From positions 1 to 59,175 of the forward strand of contig CANRLG010000006.1 of assembly GCA_947631415.1 (NCBI GenBank): a DNA stretch of 59,175 bases, given 5' to 3'. Positions 1 to 11,095 of this stretch are shown piece by piece. Position 1 is the first letter of the stretch, and the number at the start of each line of letters is the position of its first letter. Position numbers and translations under genes: made by a program. Under the pieces are notes generated by a model, which ran no database searches, was not told the origin of the DNA, and worked only from the letters and a program-made list of their open reading frames with translations. The stretch is from an uncultured Clostridia bacterium. Its GTDB lineage: Bacteria; Bacillota; Clostridia; TANB77; CAG-465.

Positions 1-581
1 CATTTATACATCTTTAAAACTACATTTCCATAAGCTCGTTCATCAATACATTGCAGATTTTTAAAACTATTTAGAATGTCTGCCTTATTATTTTTTTCTA
101 GCTTTAAAAGAAAGTTTTTATCTGTTTCATACACTATTATGCCATCTTTCTTTAGAATCTTATTCTCACTATCTGATATTATTTGTAATGTATCTATTGC
201 CATATCACTTTGATACGGTGGGTCAACAAAAATAACATCAAAAAGAATTTCATCATTTATAATTTGATTTAAACATTTTGCATAATCTTTCTTTGTTATT
301 TTAACATATTCGTATGTATTAGTCAACTTGACATTAGACAATATTGTTGAAATTCCAAGTGGTTCTTTGTCGTTTATCCATGCAAATTTTGCACCTCTAC
401 TAATTGATTCTAATGCAAGTGCCCCTGTACCACCAAAAAGGTCTAAAACATCTCCATCAACAATATAATCATTAATGATAGAAAATAACGCCTCCTTAAC
501 TCTATCAAGGGTAGGTCTTGTTTTTTCAGTTTTGGGACTATTAAGTTTTTTTGCCTTATATTTTCCAGCTATAATTCTCAA
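1..581 (-). CDS. rsmD: 16S rRNA m2G966 methyltransferase RsmD (3' end runs off window)
   Basis: Not in ORF track. TTG start at 581 after GGAGG; translates MRIIAGKYKAKKLNSPKTEKTRPTLDRVKEALFS...DLFGGTGALALES...FVDPPY; frame open to window edge. Confidence 0.9.
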   Translation of the reverse strand, partial: MRIIAGKYKAKKLNSPKTEKTRPTLDRVKEALFSIINDYIVDGDVLDLFGGTGALALESISRGAKFAWINDKEPLGISTILSNVKLTNTYEYVKITKKDYAKCLNQIINDEILFDVIFVDPPYQSDMAIDTLQIISDSENKILKKDGIIVYETDKNFLLKLEKNNKADILNSFKNLQCIDERAYGNVVLKMYK

Positions 582-585
582 ACTT

Positions 586-1074
586 TTACGCCTCCACTTC
601 TAAAAACAAATACTCTTTATTATATTTGTCTAGTATTTTAGTTAAATTTTTTGATTCAAATGAAATACTTGCTGTATTATCATTTGGATGAAAAGATACT
701 CTTTCACAATTTTTAAGATTTTCATCTATTACAAAAGTTACATCTGTATCTGGTGCTCCTATTACATTTAAAATTGAAACAGAGCCTGGTCTTATATGAA
801 GTTTTTCCCATAGCTCCTCTTCATTTCCAAAAGATAATCTATCTGAATTTAATTCATCTGCTATTTTTTTTAAATCCGCTCTTTTAGATACGGGCATAGA
901 TATTAAATAAAATTTATTATTCTTCTTATCTTTTACAAATAAGTTTTTACATATTTCACCATCAAAATCTATATTTTTTACTAATTCTTCATCTTTTCTA
1001 TTAAATATTGCTACATGTCTTATTAACTTGTAATCTATATCTAATGTTTTAAATACATTTAATACTTCTTCCAT
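586..1074 (-). CDS. YbaK/ProX (PrdX-like) aminoacyl-tRNA deacylase
   Basis: CKNLFVKDKK, RLSFG, PGSVS and FHPNDNTAS motifs. Confidence 0.85.
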   Translation of the reverse strand: MEEVLNVFKTLDIDYKLIRHVAIFNRKDEELVKNIDFDGEICKNLFVKDKKNNKFYLISMPVSKRADLKKIADELNSDRLSFGNEEELWEKLHIRPGSVSILNVIGAPDTDVTFVIDENLKNCERVSFHPNDNTASISFESKNLTKILDKYNKEYLFLEVEA

Positions 1075-1269
1075 TTTCTTCTCCTTTGTACATATAATAT
1101 GATACTACAAAATTACGTTTGTTTCAACTAAAAATCTTAAAAATAAGTATTTTTACTATATTTTAGTTGACTTTTTCAGTTTTAAATTATTTCACTAATT
1201 TTACATTTATTTTATATAATTGTTTATTCTTTTTTTCTATGCTATAATCGTGCTAATGGGGGAATTTAT

Positions 1270-1725
1270 ATGAAAAAAAGGTGGATATTTTTAATTATAT
1301 TGGGTCTATTTCTTATTTTCTTTTTGATATTTGTATTTAGACTTACTTACAAAAATTCTACTTTAAGATACCTTTCAGATGACACAAGACAAGTTGAATT
1401 ATTAAAAGAGCTATCAACCTCAATAATTCAAAATACAATTCAAGATGAAAATATTAAACTAGACTTTGACTCAGAATTTTTCTTAAATTTTGTTAATAAT
1501 ACTGCGTTTGTTACTTCTCAAAAAGAAGATTTATATAATGAAATAATGCAATACTCAAATAATTCAAAAGCTACAACAATTTACACTATTTCATCTAACT
1601 TTAATCCTAAAAAATTAATGCTTACAATTAAATTTGCAAGTGTAGATGCAAACTATGAATTTAATTATAAATTGCATAAAGGAAGAAATAATACTATAAA
1701 ATATAAAGAAAAAAGACATAAATAA
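1270..1725 (+). CDS. Hypothetical membrane-anchored/secreted protein
   Basis: 151 aa, N-terminal hydrophobic helix, GGGGA RBS, upstream TGcTATAAT, downstream terminator. Confidence 0.6.
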   Translation: MKKRWIFLIILGLFLIFFLIFVFRLTYKNSTLRYLSDDTRQVELLKELSTSIIQNTIQDENIKLDFDSEFFLNFVNNTAFVTSQKEDLYNEIMQYSNNSKATTIYTISSNFNPKKLMLTIKFASVDANYEFNYKLHKGRNNTIKYKEKRHK

Positions 1726-1732
1726 AATATTA

Positions 1733-1765
1733 AAAGCATCCGTATTTAATGGATGCTTCTTTTTT
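1733..1765. terminator. Bidirectional intrinsic terminator
   Basis: AAGCATCC...GGATGCTT stem with A/T runs between convergent genes. Confidence 0.75.
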
Positions 1766-2985
1766 TATATAACTTGAAAAATAAAGAATTTAAGATAATC
1801 TGTTTCTTCAACGTTTAACAAAATTGGATGGTCTGGTGCTTGTTGTCTTTTCTCTATTTGTCTAAGTCTTACTCCTGCCTCTTTAGCTGCCTCATTTAAC
1901 ATTTTTATGAAATTAGCTTCACTCATAAAATGCGAACATGAACAAGTAGCAAGATATCCACCTCGTGGCAATGCTTTCATTGCTCTATAATTTATTTGTT
2001 TATATCCAGATTTTGCATTTTCTATAGTTTTACGAGATTTTGTAAATGCAGGTGGGTCTAATATTATAAAATCATAATCTTGAGATTTTAAGTTTGGTAG
2101 CAAATCAAAAACATTTACAGTCTCAAAACTCATATTTTCTTCTAAATTATTAAGTTTTGCATTTTCTTTTGCCATTTCAATAGCACTCTGAGATATATCT
2201 ACTGCACGAACATGCTTTGCTCCACCTTTAGCTGCATTTAAAGCAAACGAACCAGTATGAGTAAAACAATCTAGAACTTTTTTATCTTTAGCAATTTTAG
2301 ATATAGCAAGTCTATTATACTTTTGGTCTAAGAAAAAACCTGTCTTTTGTCCATTTTCTACATCTACTTTATATTTAATTCCATTTTCTTCGATTTCAGT
2401 TACAGTATAGTTTGGAATATCTGCTCCCTCTAATTTATAATATCCTTTATATTCTTGCATACCTTCAAGCACACGTATTTGTACATCATTTCTTTCATAT
2501 ATTCCAACTATATTTTGTCCATCTTCTCTTAATATCTTATATAGTAAATTAAAAATAATATCTTTTCTTTTTTCTATACCTAAAGACAATACTTGAGCCA
2601 CTAAAATATCATTAAATCTATCTACTGTTAATCCAGGAAATTCATCTGCTTCTCCAAAAATAATTCTGCAACATTTTATATCCTGCCCCATTACTGTTTT
2701 TCTATAATTCCATGCATACATTAATCTTCTTTCATAAAAAGCTTCATCAAATGTATCATTTGCATTTCTAGATATAATTCTTACACGTATTTTAGAATTA
2801 TCATTTATATATCCAGAACCCAAATATTTTCCTTTTTGAGATAATACATCTACTATATCTCCATTTTCATATTCACCTTGAATTTGCACTATTTCATTAT
2901 CATAAACCCATGGATGCATTTGCTCTTGTTGTTGTGTTCCTTTTTTATCTATTATTACTTTAGCATATATTCTTTCTACTTTCAT
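1765..2985 (-). CDS. rlmI: RlmI/RlmK-family SAM-dependent rRNA methyltransferase (PUA domain)
   Basis: HPWVY, GEADEFPGLTVDRF, GQKTGFFLDQ, LDCFTHTGSF, ILDPPAF, TCSCS; start moved to the ATG after GAAAGGA. Confidence 0.8.
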   Translation of the reverse strand: MKVERIYAKVIIDKKGTQQQEQMHPWVYDNEIVQIQGEYENGDIVDVLSQKGKYLGSGYINDNSKIRVRIISRNANDTFDEAFYERRLMYAWNYRKTVMGQDIKCCRIIFGEADEFPGLTVDRFNDILVAQVLSLGIEKRKDIIFNLLYKILREDGQNIVGIYERNDVQIRVLEGMQEYKGYYKLEGADIPNYTVTEIEENGIKYKVDVENGQKTGFFLDQKYNRLAISKIAKDKKVLDCFTHTGSFALNAAKGGAKHVRAVDISQSAIEMAKENAKLNNLEENMSFETVNVFDLLPNLKSQDYDFIILDPPAFTKSRKTIENAKSGYKQINYRAMKALPRGGYLATCSCSHFMSEANFIKMLNEAAKEAGVRLRQIEKRQQAPDHPILLNVEETDYLKFFIFQVI

Positions 2986-3068
2986 AACTCTTTTCCTTTC
3001 GAGAAAATATTTTAGCATTTATATTAAATTATGTCAATTAAAACGCATAAAAAGAATAGATAAATTAT

Positions 3069-3680
3069 CTATTCTCTATTAATTAGCATAATCATTTGTT
3101 CACTATCTTTTACTATAGAAAATGTATTTTTACTATCTTCATTAAATCTAGATTTGGATACTACCCTATTATATTCAAAAGGTTTATTTAATACTACGAT
3201 AACTTTGGCATCATCTTCAAAATCATCTTCATTACAATAGTATGGGTCAAACAAATATACAGACTTATTATCTATTTTTGTACATAAGACATAATGTTTA
3301 TCTTCATCCCAAACTCTAAGTAAAGCTATTCCTCCATTATCTATATATTCTTTCAATTTTACATTTTCCATGTTTGCATCTTTTCCCTCTATTATCTCAG
3401 ACACAAGTTTTACTTTTAGCTTTTTTGTTTCTTCATTTATCCAATTAGATAAAAACTTCATAGCATTGACCGAAGTACCATTTTCTCCTAAATGCATGTC
3501 TTTATTTATAGTATCTAAAGTATAATTTTGTATGGTTTTAATTAATATTGGTGGAACTTCACCTCTTTTTAATAAATATCTTATTGCATTTAATACGCAA
3601 GTAGTACCGCAATCAAACTCACTTATTTGATATGAAAATGGTGTTTTCATACTTAAATAATCTTCATCTGTGTAAATCAT
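3069..3680 (-). CDS. Stand-alone peptidase C39-like cysteine protease
   Basis: YQISEFDCG (Q...C), HYVL (H), LFDP (D) arrangement. Confidence 0.7.
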   Translation of the reverse strand: MIYTDEDYLSMKTPFSYQISEFDCGTTCVLNAIRYLLKRGEVPPILIKTIQNYTLDTINKDMHLGENGTSVNAMKFLSNWINEETKKLKVKLVSEIIEGKDANMENVKLKEYIDNGGIALLRVWDEDKHYVLCTKIDNKSVYLFDPYYCNEDDFEDDAKVIVVLNKPFEYNRVVSKSRFNEDSKNTFSIVKDSEQMIMLINRE

Positions 3681-4843
3681 ATACTTTCTTCCTTAATTTC
3701 CTTTTCTCTTTGTTTTCTTTCTATATTTTTTTGCCTAATTTCTTCTATGTCAATTAGCTTTTCAAGTTGAATACAATCTGAGTCAAAAATTGCAAGTGTA
3801 GTAACCTCAAAAGTTCTATTATATCTAAATCTTCTTCTTTTATCTGTATTTTCAATTATATTCATTTCTGCGTCATTTGAAATATATAGTCCACTAAAAT
3901 ATCTAACATATCCAGATACTAAGGCTTCTGTTATAGCTTCATCATTATATCTTCTATCCCATTCATCTCTTTCTGTAGAAACTGCTCTTGGTAGTTTTGA
4001 AAAAATATACTTATCCATGTCTTGAAAACTATCTTTATATCTTTCAAAATCTCTATATAACTGTTCAAGATATGACTTTACTCTATCATATACCTGTTCT
4101 GATGTTTCTCCACTCTTTGGAAGAACTCCACATCTTAAATATGAATCTCTATTATTAGGCTCCATATTAGGTGTATATCTTAAAATATCTAAATACTCTA
4201 ATTTTTTCTTATAAAAACCAGATTCTACTCTTTTCTTAATATCATTATATGCTTTTATTTTATCATCTAATGTTGGATGATAAACTCTATGTGCTTCAAA
4301 AACATATAACTTTATCTCATTTTTTAATATATCATGTTCTATACTATCTACACTATCTATTACTGCAAATATATCTTCTAAGGCAATAATATCACTTAAA
4401 TCTTCTATTTGACAAATAACATGTTGTATTTTAGGATTTTCTTTCCTTTCTGCTACAAGTTTAGCAAATGCTTGACGTGCAAGATGGTCTGGCATATCTG
4501 GAGAAATTGCAGTCTTTACTATAGATAATAAATCTCTACATTCAGTTGGTCTAACTCTAACAGTAGTGTCTTTTAACGAACTATATACTACATATTTACA
4601 TTCAGGATGATATTTACCATCACTTAAAACTTCATCATTAGCAGATTTTCCATCATATAAATCTAATCTTTCATATTCTTGCCATTTTGAATAATATTCT
4701 GGTAATTCAGACTGAGCAGTATACCATTTAACATCATTTCCAGAAGGTTTCATACCTCCTCTTATTCTAACTATTTTATTTGAATTTACATCTGCACTTA
4801 TATCTATGTCATCTGTTAGTAATACAAAACTATTTTCATCCAT
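3677..4843 (-). CDS. Hypothetical protein, 388 aa
   Basis: Long ORF with GAGG RBS; ATGA overlap with the C39 gene; no family recognised. Confidence 0.6.
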   Translation of the reverse strand: MDENSFVLLTDDIDISADVNSNKIVRIRGGMKPSGNDVKWYTAQSELPEYYSKWQEYERLDLYDGKSANDEVLSDGKYHPECKYVVYSSLKDTTVRVRPTECRDLLSIVKTAISPDMPDHLARQAFAKLVAERKENPKIQHVICQIEDLSDIIALEDIFAVIDSVDSIEHDILKNEIKLYVFEAHRVYHPTLDDKIKAYNDIKKRVESGFYKKKLEYLDILRYTPNMEPNNRDSYLRCGVLPKSGETSEQVYDRVKSYLEQLYRDFERYKDSFQDMDKYIFSKLPRAVSTERDEWDRRYNDEAITEALVSGYVRYFSGLYISNDAEMNIIENTDKRRRFRYNRTFEVTTLAIFDSDCIQLEKLIDIEEIRQKNIERKQREKEIKEESI

Positions 4844-4950
4844 ATTAAAAACCTCTTTTTTTATACATTATTAAGAATATCAAAAAAGGCAACTTTCTTC
4901 AAGAGAAAGAGAAAAAAATAGACCTATATTTCTATAGGTCCAACTTTTTA

Positions 4951-6300
4951 TTATATATGTAATATTGCAACTGCTATATTAAAGAATAATAACACAGAAC
5001 AAGTATCTACAACTGTTGTAATTAAAGGTGCTGCCATAATAGCAGGGTCTAATTTTAATTTTTTTGCAAGCATTGGAAGCATACATCCAAGAACTTTAGA
5101 AATTGTTACAACTCCAATTAAGGTTAGTCCAACGACCAGCGCCAATTTAAAGTTTTTATATTGTATACAAATTCTAATTCCATTTGCTATTGCAAGTATT
5201 ACCCCAACAATAAGAGCAACTCTAATCTCTTTCCATAATGCTTTAAAAAAGTCTTTTAGTTTAATTTCATCTGTTGCAAGTCCACGAATAATTAAAGTAG
5301 ATGATTGTGAACCGCAATTTCCACCAGTATCCATAAGCATTGGAATGAATGCAACAAGTACAGGCAATGCTGCAAATGCTTCTTCATAATTTGTAATAAT
5401 AGTTCCTGTTACAATTGAAGATAGCATTAAAACTAGCAACCATAAAATTCTATTTTTTGCATGTTGAAATACAGATGTTTTAAAATATCCTTCTTCTGTT
5501 GGTGTAATTGCTGCCATTTTTTCAAAGTCTTCAGATGCTTCTTCAACTATAACATCAATAGCATCATCTACTGTTACAATTCCAACAAGTCTTTCTTCTT
5601 TATCTACAACTGGCATAGCAACATAGCCATATTTATCAAAAGCTTTAGCTACTTCTTCTCTATCATCTATTGTTTTAACTGCTACAATATCTGTGTCGAT
5701 TAGATTTTTTACTAGCTCATCTCTTTCAGAAACAAGCAAATCTTTTAAATCTATAACACCTACTAATTTTCTATTTTTATCCAACACATAACAGTTATAT
5801 ACAGTTTCTTTCTTTAATCCTATTTTCTTAATTTTTTCAAAGGCTTGCGCTACTGTCATATCTTCTTTTAAATCTACAAACTCAGTAGTCATTATACTTC
5901 CTGCACTATCTTCAGGATAATTTAGCATTTCATTAATAATTTTTCTATCATTATCACTTACTGCTCTTAATATTCTTTTTACTACATTTGATGGCATTTC
6001 TTCAATTACATCAACTGTATCATCCATAAATAGTTCATCTACTACACTTTTAAGTTCAACATCTGTAAATGAATTTATAAGTCTTTCTTGCAAATCTGAA
6101 TCAAGTTCAGCAAATACTTCTGCACCCTTTTCCTTATCTAATAATCTAAAAACAATTATTGCATCTTCATCATTGATTTCCTCAAAAATGGTCGGGAAAT
6201 CAGCACCATTTATCCTTTCTAAGTATTTTTTCAAATCATTAAATTTCTTTTGTTCTATTAATTCTAGAACTTCTTCTACTTCAAAATTTTTCTCTAACAT
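4951..6300 (-). CDS. mgtE: Magnesium transporter MgtE
   Basis: MgtE N-domain, CBS pair (YPEDSAGSIMTTE), TM motifs GGNCGSQS and DPAIMAAPLITTVVD; ATG at 6300 after AGGTGGGG. Confidence 0.95.
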   Translation of the reverse strand: MLEKNFEVEEVLELIEQKKFNDLKKYLERINGADFPTIFEEINDEDAIIVFRLLDKEKGAEVFAELDSDLQERLINSFTDVELKSVVDELFMDDTVDVIEEMPSNVVKRILRAVSDNDRKIINEMLNYPEDSAGSIMTTEFVDLKEDMTVAQAFEKIKKIGLKKETVYNCYVLDKNRKLVGVIDLKDLLVSERDELVKNLIDTDIVAVKTIDDREEVAKAFDKYGYVAMPVVDKEERLVGIVTVDDAIDVIVEEASEDFEKMAAITPTEEGYFKTSVFQHAKNRILWLLVLMLSSIVTGTIITNYEEAFAALPVLVAFIPMLMDTGGNCGSQSSTLIIRGLATDEIKLKDFFKALWKEIRVALIVGVILAIANGIRICIQYKNFKLALVVGLTLIGVVTISKVLGCMLPMLAKKLKLDPAIMAAPLITTVVDTCSVLLFFNIAVAILHI

Positions 6301-6335
6301 ACTAATAATCCCCACCTTTCCTAAAAAAATCAATT

Positions 6336-6363
6336 AAAAAAAGACTATTTAATATATAGTCTT
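6336..6363 (-). terminator. Intrinsic terminator inside the mgtE 5' leader
   Basis: AAGACUAU-loop-AUAGUCUU followed by a U-run, between the promoter and the mgtE RBS. Confidence 0.6.
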
Positions 6364-6399
6364 ATTTATTTGTAGTGATATTATCTTTATCACAGTATT

Positions 6400-6428
6400 A
6401 TTATAACATAAATGCTCTTTTTTGACAA
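6400..6428 (-). promoter_or_regulatory. SigA promoter of mgtE
   Basis: TTGTCA-17 nt-TATAAT with TGn extended -10. Confidence 0.7.
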
Positions 6429-6503
6429 CCCAAAAGTACGCAAATTACTTGCATTTTTTTACAAAAAAAGAAGACTACAAAATGTAATCTTCTACTAAGT
6501 TTA

Positions 6504-7868
6504 TTAATTTAATCTTTCTTCAATTAAATTAGCAAGTTCATGAGCTCTTTTTTCAAGAAGTTCTTGATTTTCTCCCTCAATCATAACACGAACTAAAGGT
6601 TCAGTTCCTGATGGACGAATAAGTACCCTACCATTTCCTTCATATTCTGCCTCAATTTCTTTAATTTTATTAACAATTACTTCATCTTCTTTATATGCTT
6701 GTTTTTTATCTGAAGGAACTTTTGCATTTACAAGTACCTGAGGATATATCTTTATTATACTTGCTGCTTGACTTGCACTAATTTTCTTTTTAAGTAATAT
6801 TTCAATTAACATTAAAGATGTAAGAATTCCATCTCCAGTTGGATTATAGTCTAAGAAAATAATATGTCCAGATTGTTCTCCACCTAAATTATTTCCTTTT
6901 TGTAACATATTTTCTAGAACATATCTATCTCCTACACTTGTTTCTTCAAAGTTAATTCCATTTTCTTTACAGTATTTCTTTAGTCCAAGATTAGACATTA
7001 CTGTTGCTACAACAGTATCATTTTTTAGTTTTCCTTGTTCTTTTAAGTAATTAGAGATAATAGCAAGTATACTATCACCATCTAGTATATTTCCTTTTTC
7101 ATCTACACATAGACATCTATCTCCATCACCATCATAAGCAACACCTAAACTATATCCTTTTTCTACAACCATTTTAGATAAATTTTCAATATGTGTTGAA
7201 CCACAATTTCTGTTAATATTTATACCATCTGGTTCATTATTTATAATATCATGTTTAATTCCTAAAGCTGAGAATACTTTTTCTGCCACTTTATATGTTG
7301 CTCCATTTGCAGTATCTACTAATAGTTTAAAATTATCATCTAAATAGTCTAATAACTTATCTTCAAATATTTTTCTAAAGAAGAATACATATTCTTCAAT
7401 TAAGTCTTCTCTGTTTTCACAAACACCAATTTTATCATTTATAGCAGAAAGTTCATCAATTTTTCCACTATCCATTACTTCTTCAATTTCTTCTTCTAAA
7501 GAGTCTGGAATTTTCATTCCTTTATTACTAAAATATTTAACTCCATTAAATTCAAAAGTGTTATGTGATGCAGAAATTACAACTGATGCATCTGCTTTAA
7601 ATTTTCTTGTAAGATATGCAACTGCTGGAGTTGGCATTACTCCTAGAGTTTTAACATTTGCTCCATAACTTAAAAATCCTGCTGTCATTGCAGCTTCAAT
7701 TAAAGTACCTGATATACGAGTATCTCTACCAATAAAAATTGTTGGTGTATGGTCTGTATGTTTAGATAGTACATACGCACCTGCTTTTGCAACTTTATAC
7801 ACAAGTCCTGGTGTAAGCTCTGTGTTTGCAATTCTTCTTATTCCATCTGTTCCAAAATATTTTCTCAT
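6504..7868 (-). CDS. glmM: Phosphoglucosamine mutase
   Basis: YFGTDGIR, ISASHN, DGDGDR, GGEQSGH, RPSGTEP. Confidence 0.95.
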   Translation of the reverse strand: MRKYFGTDGIRRIANTELTPGLVYKVAKAGAYVLSKHTDHTPTIFIGRDTRISGTLIEAAMTAGFLSYGANVKTLGVMPTPAVAYLTRKFKADASVVISASHNTFEFNGVKYFSNKGMKIPDSLEEEIEEVMDSGKIDELSAINDKIGVCENREDLIEEYVFFFRKIFEDKLLDYLDDNFKLLVDTANGATYKVAEKVFSALGIKHDIINNEPDGININRNCGSTHIENLSKMVVEKGYSLGVAYDGDGDRCLCVDEKGNILDGDSILAIISNYLKEQGKLKNDTVVATVMSNLGLKKYCKENGINFEETSVGDRYVLENMLQKGNNLGGEQSGHIIFLDYNPTGDGILTSLMLIEILLKKKISASQAASIIKIYPQVLVNAKVPSDKKQAYKEDEVIVNKIKEIEAEYEGNGRVLIRPSGTEPLVRVMIEGENQELLEKRAHELANLIEERLN

Positions 7869-7894
7869 TTTTTCCTCCTAATATTTTAACACTT

Positions 7895-8614
7895 TTACAT
7901 TATATCACGAAAGTTCAATATTGTCATTGCTCTTTTATAATCTTTTTCATTTGCTACTCTATAATTTTCAAGAGGATATTTCAATTTCATTTTCTCCCAT
8001 TTAAACTTACCTAAATCATGATATTTTAAAACTTCTACTTTTTTCACTGTTTTTAAACTTTTTATAAATGTAGCAAGAGCTTTTAAATCTTCTTCATTAT
8101 CTGTAATTGTAGGCACTAAAACTTGTCTTATCCACATATCCTTATTATTATCGCTCAAGTATTTTATAAACTCTAACTCTAATTTGTTTGATAGTCCTGT
8201 AAGTTCTTTACAAACTTCATCATTTATACATTTAATATCTACTAAAAATAAGTCTGTAAGGTCTATGAGTTCTTTTAATTTATCTGTTATAACTACCTGA
8301 CCAGATGTATCTATACAAGTATGTATCTTGTATTTTTTAAGTTTTTTAAATAATTCAATTAAGAAATCTTGTTGTAGTAAAGGTTCTCCACCACTAATTG
8401 TTACTCCACCATTATTTTTTATGTAATTTTTATATCTTAATATCTTTTCAACTATTTGGTCTACTTCATATTCTGTTCCTGCTTTAGTATCCCAAGTATC
8501 TCTATTTTGGCAATACTTACATTTAAGATTGCAACCTTGCATAAATATTACAAATCTTAGTCCAGGTCCATCTGTGGCACCAAGTGTTTCAAAAGAGTGA
8601 ACTCTACCCTTCAT
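7895..8614 (-). CDS. pflA: Pyruvate formate-lyase activating enzyme (radical SAM)
   Basis: DGPGLR, CNLKCKYC, SGGEP; adjacent to pflB. Confidence 0.95.
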   Translation of the reverse strand: MKGRVHSFETLGATDGPGLRFVIFMQGCNLKCKYCQNRDTWDTKAGTEYEVDQIVEKILRYKNYIKNNGGVTISGGEPLLQQDFLIELFKKLKKYKIHTCIDTSGQVVITDKLKELIDLTDLFLVDIKCINDEVCKELTGLSNKLELEFIKYLSDNNKDMWIRQVLVPTITDNEEDLKALATFIKSLKTVKKVEVLKYHDLGKFKWEKMKLKYPLENYRVANEKDYKRAMTILNFRDIM

Positions 8615-8645
8615 TTTTTCCTCCTAAAGCATTTTTTATGAAATC

Positions 8646-8676
8646 AAAGAGCTACTAGCACCACTAGTAACTCTTT
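8646..8676 (-). terminator. Stem-loop between pflB and pflA
   Basis: AAAGAG(c/t)TACTAG inverted repeat. Confidence 0.6.
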
Positions 8677-8682
8677 TTTATA

Positions 8683-10914
8683 TTAAAATTTTTCATGTAT
8701 AGTTCTATTTATTACATCTAATTGTTGTTCTCTAGTTAATTTTACAAAATTTACTGCATATCCTGATACACGAATTGTAAGTTGTGGGTATTTTTCAGGA
8801 TGTTCCATAGCATCTTCTAATAAAGCTCTATCAAAAACATTAACATTTATATGATGTCCTGTTTGTGTGAAATATCCGTCAAGTAAATTTACTAGATTTT
8901 CTACTTGTGTATCAATATTATCTCCAAGTGTTGAAGGAGTTATTGAGAAGGTATAAGATATACCATCTTCTGCATAATCAAAAGGAAGTTTTGCAATAGA
9001 ATTCATAACTGCTACAGCACCATTTGTATCCCTACCATGTAATGGATTTGCACCTGGTCCAAAAGGTTCTCCTGCACTTCTTCCATCAGGAGTATTTCCT
9101 GTTGCTTTTCCATATACAACATTAGAAGTAATAGTTAGTACAGATAAAGTATGTTTTGAATTTCTATAAGTTTCATGTCTTTGAAGTTTTCTTAAGAATT
9201 CTTTTACTACATTTACAGCTATTTCATCTACTCTATCATCATCATTTCCATATTTTGGAAAATCTCCTTCTACTTCATAATCTACTACAATTCCTTGTTC
9301 ATTTCTAATAGTTTTTACTTTAGCATATTTTATTGCAGAAAGTGAATCGGCTACAACAGATAGTCCCGCAATACCACATGCCATTGTACGAATTATATTT
9401 TTATCATGAAGTGCCATTTCTAATGCTTCATAACTATATTTATCATGCATATAATGAATAGCATTAAGAGCTTTAATATAAATTTTAGCAACATATTCCA
9501 TCATAGTATTAAATTTTTCCATTACTTCATCATAATCTAAATACTCAGATTTAATTGCTTCAAATTTAGGCGTAACTTGTTTTAAAGTTATTTCATCTAC
9601 ACCACCATTAATAGCATAAAGTAATGTTTTTGCAAGATTTGCTCTAGCACCAAAAAATTGCATTTGCTTTCCAATTTTCATTGGGCTTACACAACAAGCA
9701 ATACCATAATCATCACCTAATGTAACTCTCATTAAATCATCATTTTCATATTGTATAGAAGATGTTTTAATAGATAGTCCTGTAACAAATTTCTTAAATC
9801 CTTCTGGTAGTCTTGTTGACCAAAGAACTGTTAAATTAGGTTCAGGAGCAGGTCCTAAATTTACTAGAGTATGTAATACTCTAAATGAATTTTTAGTTAC
9901 AAGTGTTCTTCCATCAATTCCCATTCCACCTATGCTTTCAGTAACCCATACAGGATCACCACTAAATAATTCATTATATTCAGGTGTACGTAAAAATCTA
10001 ACCATTCTAAGTTTCATTACGAAATGATCCATTAATTCTTGTGCTTCTTCTTCTGTTATAATTTTGTTATCTAAATCTCTTTGAATGTATATATCTAAGA
10101 ATGTAGATGTTCTTCCAATACTCATTGCAGCACCATTTTGGTCTTTTATAGCTCCTAAATATCCAAAATACAACCATTGAATTGCCTCTTTAGCATTACT
10201 TGCAGGCATTGAAATATCATATCCATATTTAAGTGCCATAGCTTTTAAATCTTTTAGCGCTTTAATTTGTTCAGAAATTTCTTCTCTTTGTCTAATCTCA
10301 TCTTCTGAAAATTCATCTGAGTCTAAAGTTTCTAAATCTTTAATTTTTGCATTTATTAGCACATCTACTCCATATAATGCAACTCGTCTATAATCTCCAA
10401 TTATTCTTCCACGACCATATCCATCTGGAAGCCCTGTAAGTAAATGTGAAGAACGAGCTGCTCTTATATCTGGTGTATATACGCTAAATACACCATCATT
10501 ATGTGTTTTTCTATAATTATTATATATATAGTCTATATCCTTATCTACTTTATATCCGTATGCTTCACATGATTTTTCTACTATTCTAATTCCACCATTT
10601 GGCATAATAGCTCTTTTAAGAGGGGCATCAGTTTGAAACCCTACAATTTGCTCCAAATCTTTATCTATATATCCTGCTTCATAAGCATTTACAGATGATG
10701 GAGTTTTTGTATCTATATCTAAAACACCTTTTTTTCTTTCTTCTTCATAAAGTTTTAATACTTCATCCCATAACTTTTTTGTCCTTTCTGTTGGACCAGT
10801 TAGGAATGAATCATCTGCTTCATAAGGTGTATAATTTTTTTGAATAAAATCTCTCACATCAATTTCTTGTGTCCAATTACCCTTGTCAAAATCTGACCAT
10901 TGTTTAAATTCCAT
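8683..10914 (-). CDS. pflB: Pyruvate formate-lyase
   Basis: IACCVS catalytic Cys pair and RVSGY glycyl-radical motif; ATG after AGGAGGAGG. Confidence 0.97.
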   Translation of the reverse strand: MEFKQWSDFDKGNWTQEIDVRDFIQKNYTPYEADDSFLTGPTERTKKLWDEVLKLYEEERKKGVLDIDTKTPSSVNAYEAGYIDKDLEQIVGFQTDAPLKRAIMPNGGIRIVEKSCEAYGYKVDKDIDYIYNNYRKTHNDGVFSVYTPDIRAARSSHLLTGLPDGYGRGRIIGDYRRVALYGVDVLINAKIKDLETLDSDEFSEDEIRQREEISEQIKALKDLKAMALKYGYDISMPASNAKEAIQWLYFGYLGAIKDQNGAAMSIGRTSTFLDIYIQRDLDNKIITEEEAQELMDHFVMKLRMVRFLRTPEYNELFSGDPVWVTESIGGMGIDGRTLVTKNSFRVLHTLVNLGPAPEPNLTVLWSTRLPEGFKKFVTGLSIKTSSIQYENDDLMRVTLGDDYGIACCVSPMKIGKQMQFFGARANLAKTLLYAINGGVDEITLKQVTPKFEAIKSEYLDYDEVMEKFNTMMEYVAKIYIKALNAIHYMHDKYSYEALEMALHDKNIIRTMACGIAGLSVVADSLSAIKYAKVKTIRNEQGIVVDYEVEGDFPKYGNDDDRVDEIAVNVVKEFLRKLQRHETYRNSKHTLSVLTITSNVVYGKATGNTPDGRSAGEPFGPGANPLHGRDTNGAVAVMNSIAKLPFDYAEDGISYTFSITPSTLGDNIDTQVENLVNLLDGYFTQTGHHINVNVFDRALLEDAMEHPEKYPQLTIRVSGYAVNFVKLTREQQLDVINRTIHEKF

Positions 10915-11095
10915 TATTAAAAACCTCCTCCTTTTTATTATATCCAATTTACCATAGACTATATTAACATAGAGCTACATTTTTTTCAATTAAATTTTTT
11001 GTTTTTTTTGAAAAAATATCATATAGTTAAATTAAACTCTTTAACAATAAAAAAACAAATGTAGATACATTAAAGTACCTACATTTGCATAATTT

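Noticed and set aside
4921-4940. GACCTATA/TATAGGTC hairpin resembling the uvrB-leader motif
   Set aside because: Positioned as the mgtE terminator and lacks the TTCGTCC part; similarity is likely chance.
6205-6225. AGG-A as a frameshift signal like CGG-A
   Set aside because: In-frame AGG-ATA occurs within intact mgtE (a +1 shift would hit TAA) and uvrA, so AGG appears to be decoded normally.
11020-11050. Rex operator upstream of pflB
   Set aside because: Only one good half-site (TTGTTAA) in very AT-rich DNA; not supportable.
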